A stretch of DNA of 33,325 nt from an uncultured archaeon (lineage in GTDB: Archaea > Asgardarchaeota > Lokiarchaeia > Sigyniarchaeales > SOKP01), in NCBI GenBank assembly GCA_964508365.1, contig CAZDTP010000046.1, positions 1 to 33,325 of the forward strand, written 5' to 3'. Position 1 is the first letter of the stretch, and the number at the start of each line of letters is the position of its first letter. The notes beneath the pieces were generated by a model. That model did not search any database and had not been told where the DNA came from. It saw only the letters and a program-made list of their open reading frames with translations. This document shows positions 10,028-17,974 of this stretch, piece by piece. The position numbers were made by a program, and so were the translations under genes.

Positions 10028-11641
10028 TTAGTCAACATTATCCAGAACTAACCTTTCTTCAATTTTATCTTCGATCTTCTTAATGGCATTGCTAGCGTGT
10101 ATCCTTATAATTCTAGGGAAATCATTTACTCTTGAAAGCAAGGCACTTAAAGCTGATTCACCTCCATAAACTTCCAAAAACTTGATTAAACTCACTTTAA
10201 CTTTTGTATCTTCGGTTTCGCTTTTTTTTAAAAAATCTATTAAAGTTGCTATGTATCTATTTAATGTACGTTCAATTTCTATATCTTTTTCTTTAACTCG
10301 ATACCAATTTCTTTGAAAGATATTATATATCGCATCAATCGCAACTCTTTTTATAAGCCAATAGGAATTTGGATTCTCCAAAATTTCGATCAGACTCAGA
10401 ATTGGTTCTATAGTTCCAATTTTTCCTAAAGCGATAATAGCATTTTTTTTAACATCTAAATTCTTAATCTGTAACAAATCGATTAAAGGTTCGGAAAACG
10501 TCTCACTACCTATTTCACCTAAAATGAAAGCAATACTCTCTTTTAATGTTTCACTGTCCGAATTTAAATGCGAAAATAAAAAGCTAAAATCAGCTTGTTT
10601 ATTTAAAGAATAAATCTTTTTAACTGCGTCCATGATATAAAATTTCATATCGATATCGGTGTACTCGAAGCTTATATCTTCTACATTTAATACATCAAGT
10701 AACTCTGGAACGACTGAGAGATCACCAATTTCTCCTAGTGCTTCGATTGTAGCTACGGTTACTTCGTTATAAATGTTATCTAAACCTGGAATTAGAGTGT
10801 TTACAGCGTCTTTTAACTTCAATTTCCCAGTAAGTGTGATAGCATTTTTTCTTACGATAAAATCATCGCTCAGTAATAGTTTAATTACATCCTTGTTAAT
10901 TTCAGGACTCAATAGCTTTAAAATTGAAACTGCAGAATCTAGTAATTCTGAATCCTCTTCTTTTAAAATTCTCGTAATTTCGTTTAATATTACACTTTTG
11001 TCTGAATACAATTTAGAAATAAGTTCTGGATACTTGATTTTTATATAATTCATGTCCTGAAATGTTATGTTAATGCTGGAAAGCTCGTGTCCAATTAGCT
11101 TAATAATTTCTGATTTGTGTTTGTTTGATATATTCTCGCTTTTTAAATAAGCTAATAAAGATTTTATTAGAATTTCAGGTTCAATTCCAACTAAGTGGTT
11201 TCTGACAAATTCTCTAACAGAGTTATACATAGAATCTAATTCCTTTATAAAGACATTTATCTGTGTGTCGTCGAACTTGATTTTCATTAGAGCTTTTAAA
11301 ACAGCTAATCTTAAATCCACGCTTTCAATTTTTTGCTCTAATATCCAATTTAATGGCTTCAATGCCTTATCATTTTTTAGTTTGCTTAAAACTTTTGCAG
11401 CTTCACATTTTAGATCGATCTTATCCTCTGATATTAAAACATTTTCTATAATCGAAAAGCATTCATTCTTTAAGCGAGGAACAAAATTACTTATTTCACC
11501 TAAATATTTAACCGCTTCTTTCCTTTTGCTGTTATCCTTTCCATTTTCAATAATGGCTGTTAACATTTCAACTGAATTTTCTAATCCAAATTCTTCCCTT
11601 TTATCATATATCTCCAGCGGTGAGGGTTTTGGATCTGACAT
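10028..11641 (-). CDS. HEAT-repeat (PBS-lyase-like) protein
   Basis: Repeated units such as VRKNAITLTGKL, ATIEALGEIGD, ESIAFILGEIG, KKNAIIALGKIG. Confidence 0.85.
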   Translation of the reverse strand: MSDPKPSPLEIYDKREEFGLENSVEMLTAIIENGKDNSKRKEAVKYLGEISNFVPRLKNECFSIIENVLISEDKIDLKCEAAKVLSKLKNDKALKPLNWILEQKIESVDLRLAVLKALMKIKFDDTQINVFIKELDSMYNSVREFVRNHLVGIEPEILIKSLLAYLKSENISNKHKSEIIKLIGHELSSINITFQDMNYIKIKYPELISKLYSDKSVILNEITRILKEEDSELLDSAVSILKLLSPEINKDVIKLLLSDDFIVRKNAITLTGKLKLKDAVNTLIPGLDNIYNEVTVATIEALGEIGDLSVVPELLDVLNVEDISFEYTDIDMKFYIMDAVKKIYSLNKQADFSFLFSHLNSDSETLKESIAFILGEIGSETFSEPLIDLLQIKNLDVKKNAIIALGKIGTIEPILSLIEILENPNSYWLIKRVAIDAIYNIFQRNWYRVKEKDIEIERTLNRYIATLIDFLKKSETEDTKVKVSLIKFLEVYGGESALSALLSRVNDFPRIIRIHASNAIKKIEDKIEERLVLDNVD

Positions 11642-11787
11642 AAGTAAATAAAAAGTCCATATTGAAAGCTAATTAAATAATTTTGATTATTTTAATTATT
11701 AGGTCATCCGTTAATAAAAATATTTTCAAAATAATTTATGTTTTAAATCAAAATTGCTTAATTTTTTGACATTTTCAAACATTAATA

Positions 11788-12219
11788 CTACAAAAATGAT
11801 CCAAAAAAATATTCCATAGCTAAATTTTTGGTAGTTTTTAAAAGTCTATTAATAGCTGATTCTGATATTCCAAAGTGAGTAGCTATTTGAACCGCAGTTA
11901 TCTTTTTTGGGTTTTTAAAAAAGCCTTCTTTAGCAGCATATAACGCTACTTCTTGCTGTCTCTTCGTGAAATTTGGAAATGGAATTGCTGATCTCCATAT
12001 TGTTTGATCGACTTCATCAATTTTATCCAAATCAGTCATTCCTATGATTTCATATTTCTCAGTAAATGAATTAATTACATCGAATAATTTATTGACATAT
12101 TCGTTTTGAGAGATGAGATTGATTAAGAGGAGTTCTTGGGAAACATGAATAGGAAAAAGGAATGCCCATGGACCTGAGTCGACAATTGGAAAGAATCCAG
12201 AGGTTTTATTCTGATTCAT
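11788..12219 (-). CDS. HTH_10 (bacterio-opsin-activator-type) helix-turn-helix protein, possibly N-terminally truncated
   Basis: FTKRQQEVALYAAKEGFFKNPKKITAVQIATHFGISESAINRLLK matches the archaeal Bat/HTH_10 C-terminal pattern; divergent from the hdr cluster. Confidence 0.75.
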   Translation of the reverse strand: MNQNKTSGFFPIVDSGPWAFLFPIHVSQELLLINLISQNEYVNKLFDVINSFTEKYEIIGMTDLDKIDEVDQTIWRSAIPFPNFTKRQQEVALYAAKEGFFKNPKKITAVQIATHFGISESAINRLLKTTKNLAMEYFFGSFL

Positions 12220-12296
12220 TATGCAAATAATTTCGTTCCGAGTCTGATTTAATAACTGGAAAGATTGAGGATTAAAATTTTTTTTTAGATTTTTTT

Positions 12297-12620
12297 TTAA
12301 ATCTCTTAAAAAGATCTGAACCCTATCGAAGGTACAAATTTTTCAAAAAAAAAGCTGGAGCGTTTACAATTTCAGAAAATAAACTAATAAGAAAAATCTT
12401 GGCAGCGAATTTTAATCGAATAGAACTTCTAGAAAATAAAATAGAAAAGTTAGAAGAACTTACAGTAAACCTAATCGAACGCGAGAAAGAACACTCACCT
12501 GTAAATCAAGTTCAATCAGCGTAATTAAATATTAAAAAGTTGTGAATATAGTATCTCTCTTATTTTAAAGCAATTAAATGGCCTAAATTGAAGAATCAGT
12601 TATTTTTAGTTATAACATTA
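12297..12620 (+). repeat. dispersed repeat copy 1 (basic/coiled-coil mini-ORF 12276-12524 lacking a canonical start, plus conserved non-coding boxes)
   Basis: Aligns by eye to 26873-27247; identical boxes AAAAGTTGTGAA (12535-12546) and GAAGAATCAGTTATTTTT (12590-12607). Confidence 0.75.
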
Positions 12621-12818
12621 ATTGGATTATTAGCTTTTACTTATACCAATAAATAGATAATAATTATATAACATAAAAACTAAAATAAATAATAAAATAA
12701 ATAAAATTTTATTAAAAAAAGTAGATTTTTCGACATAAAATCTTTAAAAAAAGTCGGAAAATGATAAAAGACGTAATTGTAATTACTACAGAAATTATTA
12801 TACATAATTGTAAAAATT

Positions 12819-12824
12819 GAGGTG
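12819..12824 (+). promoter_or_regulatory. ribosome-binding site of Sec-hdrA
   Basis: GAGGTG (followed by GAG) upstream of ATG 12839. Confidence 0.5.
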
Positions 12825-12838
12825 GAGTAAGAAAGAAA

Positions 12839-14779
12839 ATGGAAAAATCTGAAAATCATCGGATTGGATACTATGCTTGCCAGTGAGGAATAAATATAAA
12901 GAGAAAAGTAGATTGCGATAAATTAGTAGAATTTGCTAAAGGCTTAGATGATGTCATAATATCTAAAACTCATGCTTTTCTTTGAACGGAAAGTGGACAA
13001 CAAGAGATAATTAATGACATTAATGAGAAAAACCTTGATTGCGTAGTGGCGTCTGCCTGAACACCTCGGACTCACGAACCAATATATAGGGCTTCTATTT
13101 CTAAAACCGACTTAAATCCTTACCATTTTCAGATGGTAAACGTAAGGGAGCATTGTTCTTGGTGTACAGAAGATAGTGAGGAAGCATTAAATAAAGCTAA
13201 AATTCTTGTTAATAGCGGAGTAAATAGAGCAAAAACATTAACAGCTGTCCCGGTGAGAACAGTTCCTGTTGAGAAAGCCACTTTAATTGTGGGCGGGGGG
13301 ATAGTTGGAATGAACGCTGCTTTAGATCTAGCAAACGAAGGGATTAAAGTTTTCCTTGTTGAAAACAAAACTACAATAGGTGGTAGAATGTCCCAATTAG
13401 ATCGAACATTTCCTACCGACGACTGTTCAATATGAATCTGTGGTCCTGTTATGCTCGAAGTCAATCGAAACGAAAATATAGAAATACTTAGTTATAGTGA
13501 AGTAAAAAGAGTTGATGGATATGTTGGAAATTACGATGTGATTGTGGAAAAGAAACCAAGATATGTAAACAATGATTGTAATGGATGTGGGGCTTGTACG
13601 GAAGTTTGTCCTATTACTACTTCAAATTACTTTGACGAACACTTAGGACCACGAAGAGCTATAGATATTGCATTTGGACAAGCTGTCCCATTTTTATATG
13701 ATATTAATAGAGATGTGTGCGTAGAATGTTTTAGCTGTGTTGAAGCCTGTGAATTAGATGCGATAGATTTCAGCCAAGTCCCCGAAGAAGTCACATTTAA
13801 GGTAGGAACTATAATAGTAGCAACGGGATGGGATATTTACGAACCACACGGAGAATATGGATATGGAAAATTCGAGAACGTTATATCTCAACCCCAACTT
13901 GAAAGAATCCTAGCTCCAAATGGACCACTAGAAGGCCATGTACATAGAATCTCGGATTCAAAGGAGCCTGAAGAAATTGTGTTTATCCAATGTGTTGGGA
14001 GTCGGGACACAGAAAGGCCTTATTGTAGTGGTGTTTGTTGCATGTTAGCTCTTAAAAACGGAAAATTACTCAAAGAAGAATTCCCTAACGCGAACATTAC
14101 CATCTGTTATATTGATATGAGAACTAACGAAAAGGGTTTCGAAGAATATTATCAGAGAGCTAAACATTCTGACATCAGGATGATTCGTGGAAAAGTTGGC
14201 GAATTTTCTGAAGATCCGGAGACAAAGAATGTAAATCTTCGAGTTTATTCGTCATTAACTGACGAAATTATCAAAATTAGTGCGGATTTAGTTGTATTAT
14301 CAACAGCTGCCCTCCCATCAAAGGGTACAGAGCAAATTTCTAGAATTTTAAACTTAGACACTGATAAAAATGGATTTTTAACTGAATCTCACTTTGGATT
14401 AATGCCACAGGAAACTAAAACAAAAGGCATTTTCATTGCAGGATTTGCCCAAGGTCCAAAGGACATCGCTTATTCGGTTTCTCAAGCTAGAGCTGCCGCG
14501 AGTAAGGTGGCTGAATTAACGGCTCCAGGAGAAGTAGACATTGAACTAATTATTGCAGAAGTTACTAATGATCTTTGCATTAGCTGTGGAAGGTGTGAAA
14601 AAGCCTGCCCAAAAAATGCAATAACGGTTACTGATGAAGAAGCGGCGGTTGTAGACGAAATTAATTGCGATGGCTGCGGAATCTGCGCTAGTTGTTGCCC
14701 GACTAGCGCCATAGATATTAGATATTTTAAAGATTATCAATTATTTACTGAAATTGACGGAATGCTGGAAGGAGGTTAA
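12839..14779 (+). CDS. hdrA: heterodisulfide reductase subunit A, selenoprotein with 4 predicted Sec (646 aa; U16, U49, U74, U199)
   Basis: Single frame with TGA at 12884, 12983, 13058 and 13433 in ACQUGINI, FLUTESG, SAUTPRTHEP and DCSIUICGP, matching CHCGINI, YSCS, SCTPRTHE and DCSLCILAP of the Cys paralogs in this window. Also GGGIVG FAD motif, CVGSRD...YCSGVCC and two ferredoxin domains. Joins ORFs 13133-13435 and 13451-14779. Confidence 0.92.
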
Positions 14780-14783
14780 AAGA

Positions 14784-15218
14784 ATGGAAAATAACTTTAA
14801 AATTCTAATGTTTGCTTGTTTGAAGTGAGGGTATTCTGCGGCAGATTTAGCTGGAGTTTCTCGAATGAAATATACCGCATCTGTCAAAATCATAAAAGTA
14901 AAATGTACAGGAAGAATCGATGTAAAGCATATTCTATATGGGATAAAAGCTGGGGCTGACGGAGTAATGGTTGTTGGTTGAAGACCTAACGAATGCGAGT
15001 TCAAGCAAGGTAATTTTACTGCTCAAAGACACGTTGATTTAGCTAATAGAATACTAGACTCGAGAGGTTATGGAAATCAAAGAGTTAATATGTATTGGTT
15101 AAGTGGGGCTGAAGCAGATAAACTAGTCAAAAGTGTCGAGGATGCCTACGAAAAAATAAAGAGGTCTGGACCCAATCCGATAAAATACACGGAAGAAGTA
15201 ACAACTCCCGTAGAATGA
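14784..15218 (+). CDS. vhuD: MvhD/VhuD [2Fe-2S] subunit, selenoprotein with 2 predicted Sec (144 aa; U15, U66)
   Basis: ATG after GGAGGT RBS; FACLKUGYSAADLAG, KCTGRID and VGURPNEC with TGA at 14826 and 14979 matching CNWCSYAGADLAG and GCHxGDC of the three Cys MvhD paralogs; missing from the ORF track. Confidence 0.92.
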
Positions 15219-15254
15219 TTCCTACAAGGAAATTGTAGTTGTAGGATGACTTGC
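15210..15254 (+). promoter_or_regulatory. eukaryote-like SECIS element
   Basis: ATGA (15215-15218)-T, 8-bp helix TCCTACAA (15220-15227)/TTGTAGGA (15239-15246), apical AAA (15230-15232), closing T-GA (15247-15249); lies directly after two UGA-containing genes. Confidence 0.8.
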
Positions 15255-15333
15255 CTTGCAAGGGAAAGGGAGAGTAGTAAGATTTTTGTTATTATATTAT
15301 ATTTTCTATAAAAAATAGATAAGAGAATAAAGT

Positions 15334-16827
15334 ATGGTTCAAACTGCAAATAATAAATCATTTAAGGGATTTTCTCTTGCAGATTTAATGGAAGCTACGT
15401 ATTTAGCTTCAGGAAACTTCCAAGTGAGAGCTTTTTTTGAAGCTAAAGAGGAAATTTTGAAAGAGAGTAAATTTACTGAAACCGAATTTTACGAAATTCT
15501 TGATTCGATGATAGACGCTGAAACAGAACGAAAATTAGTTCTTGAAAAACTTAAGGGTAAACAGCCGCTATTTTTAGAAGAAATCGCAAAAAATATCAAA
15601 GAATTTCCTGCCGAAAATGTTATCAGAGATGTTATCTACCTAAAAGAACAAGGATATGTTCAGGAACATGTGGAAATTAAGACTAAAACGCTTGTTAAAA
15701 AAATTAAAGGAGAAGAAAAAGAAGTTGAGGTTAAGGAATACTTTTATAGGTATCAAACAAAGAAATCACCAATCGAACACTATTTTGATCCCGTTTCTAT
15801 AGTTTTTGAAGCAGGCGTTTGTTGTCAATGTGGTTGGTGTTCATCAATCTGCCCTGTAAATGCCATAGAAGTGACTGCAGACGCTCTTGAAATTGATAAC
15901 GACATATGTGTGAAATGTGGATTGTGTTTTTCAGTGTGCCCTCGATCTTTTTCAATAGATCAAGCATACAAAAGTATTAAGAAGTTAGATAAGTCTTTGA
16001 GCTGGTCAGACAAAATTGGCGCTTATGTAAATACATATACAGCTACTACAACTAAAGACGAAATTAAGGAAGTTCGCCAAGATGGTGGAATAGTAACTTC
16101 TTTACTTGAATATATGTTAACAAATAAATTAGTTGATGCAATTGTAGCAGTTCAACATTCAGAAGATTTATGGAGCCCAGAACCTGTTATTATAGATAAT
16201 GTAAAGAATCTATATAAAACGGGAGGAACTAAATATGCTAATTCTCCAACTTTAACTATAATTGATAAAACAAAGAAATATGATAATATTGCTGTTGTTG
16301 GTGTTCCTTGCATGATGAAGGCAATTGAAAAAGGAACTCTCTTCCCGAACGGGTTACCTTTCTTTAAAAATATTAAATTTAAAATTGGTTTATTTTGTAT
16401 GGAGTCTTTTCCTTACGATAACATCATTAAGTTAGCTAAAGAACAATTTGATAAAGATATTAATGAACTAACTAAAATGAATATAGGTGGAGGAAAATTT
16501 ATTATAAAAGTTAAATCTGGAGAAGAATTGAACATTCCCTTAAAAGATGTCCAATCCTATGCCCGTCATAATTGCCATTTCTGTGAAGATTTAACTTCTG
16601 ATTATGCAGATATTTCTGTTGGGTCTATCGGTTCACAAGATGGGTGGTCATCAGTAATTACACGATCAAAAGATGCTGATGAACTTTATAATAATGCTAT
16701 TAAGGCTGGTATCATCGAATCTAAAAGTTTAAAAGATGTTAAACCAGGGCAATTTTTAGTTGAGAAAATTGGTGGTATAAAGCGGAATAAGTGTAAACCT
16801 ATTAATTTGGATAAAAAGGAAGATTAA
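15334..16827 (+). CDS. FrhB-family protein with N-terminal helical + winged-helix domain and 2x[4Fe-4S]
   Basis: CCQCGWCSSIC, CVKCGLCFSVC, QDGGIVTSLL, VGVPC, IGLFCME, CHFCEDLTSDYADISVGSIG. Confidence 0.87.
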   Translation: MVQTANNKSFKGFSLADLMEATYLASGNFQVRAFFEAKEEILKESKFTETEFYEILDSMIDAETERKLVLEKLKGKQPLFLEEIAKNIKEFPAENVIRDVIYLKEQGYVQEHVEIKTKTLVKKIKGEEKEVEVKEYFYRYQTKKSPIEHYFDPVSIVFEAGVCCQCGWCSSICPVNAIEVTADALEIDNDICVKCGLCFSVCPRSFSIDQAYKSIKKLDKSLSWSDKIGAYVNTYTATTTKDEIKEVRQDGGIVTSLLEYMLTNKLVDAIVAVQHSEDLWSPEPVIIDNVKNLYKTGGTKYANSPTLTIIDKTKKYDNIAVVGVPCMMKAIEKGTLFPNGLPFFKNIKFKIGLFCMESFPYDNIIKLAKEQFDKDINELTKMNIGGGKFIIKVKSGEELNIPLKDVQSYARHNCHFCEDLTSDYADISVGSIGSQDGWSSVITRSKDADELYNNAIKAGIIESKSLKDVKPGQFLVEKIGGIKRNKCKPINLDKKED

Positions 16828-16848
16828 TTTTAAAATAAATGTATAAGT

Positions 16849-17961
16849 ATGATGAGCCCTAAAACATTTCAAGATTTAATTGAAGAAGTCCACGAAAAAG
16901 GTATTTGCCAAGAATGTGGAGGATGTGTTAGCTTTTGTAGTTCGGTTGATTATAATGTAATTGATTTTGTTGAAGGAAAATCACATCCTGTATATGTAGA
17001 CAAAGATAAATGCCTTGAATGTGGAATATGTTATTATATTTGTCCTCAAACTCACATTTTGGATGAGGATTTAAATCAAATATATAAATTTACAGAATTT
17101 AATACCATGCTCCTCGGTCATTTTGAATCCATTAATTCATGTCAAGCTACTGATGATGATTTTTTGAAGCATGGTACTGACGGGGGTGTAGTTAATTCCA
17201 TTATAAATCATTTATTAGAGAAAAAAATTATTGATGGTGCTATTGTCTCAAAAACCAAAGCCCCTTTCTCAAGGAAGGCTATGTTTGCTGAAAATAAGGT
17301 GGATTTAATTGCAGCATCAGGTGTAGTATTAGATATATCTTCACAATTAGACGAGATTCAAAAATTTTCTACGTATACTCGCACAATACCTAAATTAAAC
17401 CGCTATAAATTTAAAAAATTAGCTATTGTAGGAACACCATGTCAAATTTATACAATTCGATGCATGCAAAGTTTAGGTGTAATGCCATCTGAAAATATAG
17501 AATTATGCTTAGGTTTATTTTGTTATGAGAATTTTCTTTTCGATAAATTAAAAATGGAGAAATTCAGAAGAGATTTTAATGTAAAGTTTGAGGATATTGA
17601 AAAAATAAATGTTAGAGAAGATTTAGTGTTTAAAGTAAGGGATAATGGTGGACACAAAGCAATCCATGTACCTTTTGATCAGCTAAATGATTATATGCGT
17701 CCAGCTTGTAACGCTTGTAATGATTTTACCAATGTCTATGCTGATATTTCTTTCGGAGGCTTGGGATCTAAAGAAGGTTTTACCACAGTTATTCCCCGAA
17801 CTGAGAAAGGCAAAAAAGTTATTACCGATACTATTAATGAAGGAGTAATAAAATGCTTAGAACTTAATTTAGATGAAAAAAAAGAAATGAAGGAGCTGTT
17901 AATGAAATATTCCCAATTAAAATTCGACCGCAAGGAGAATTATATGAAAAGTTTAACATAG
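16849..17961 (+). CDS. FrhB-family protein (module A)
   Basis: CQECGGCVSFC, CLECGICYYIC, TDGGVV, VGTPCQ, LGLFCYE, CNACNDFTNVYADISFGG. Confidence 0.88.
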   Translation: MMSPKTFQDLIEEVHEKGICQECGGCVSFCSSVDYNVIDFVEGKSHPVYVDKDKCLECGICYYICPQTHILDEDLNQIYKFTEFNTMLLGHFESINSCQATDDDFLKHGTDGGVVNSIINHLLEKKIIDGAIVSKTKAPFSRKAMFAENKVDLIAASGVVLDISSQLDEIQKFSTYTRTIPKLNRYKFKKLAIVGTPCQIYTIRCMQSLGVMPSENIELCLGLFCYENFLFDKLKMEKFRRDFNVKFEDIEKINVREDLVFKVRDNGGHKAIHVPFDQLNDYMRPACNACNDFTNVYADISFGGLGSKEGFTTVIPRTEKGKKVITDTINEGVIKCLELNLDEKKEMKELLMKYSQLKFDRKENYMKSLT

Positions 17962-17974
17962 AGGTGGAATTTAA

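Noticed and set aside
4102-11651. Short ORFs 4102-4290, 5401-5643, 7764-8069, 8277-8492, 8970-9152, 10773-11048, 11265-11651
   Set aside because: Antisense shadows of longer well-supported genes; no motifs.
12297-12620. Repeat as IS/MITE or CRISPR
   Set aside because: No terminal inverted repeats, target duplications, transposase or regularly spaced repeats.
13133-14779. ORFs 13133-13435 and 13451-14779 as separate genes
   Set aside because: Same frame, separated only by the Sec199 TGA; both are parts of one HdrA.
12839-15218. hdrA and mvhD as pseudogenes with nonsense mutations
   Set aside because: All six stops are TGA, all at conserved Cys positions, with no frameshifts or TAA/TAG, and a SECIS-like hairpin follows.
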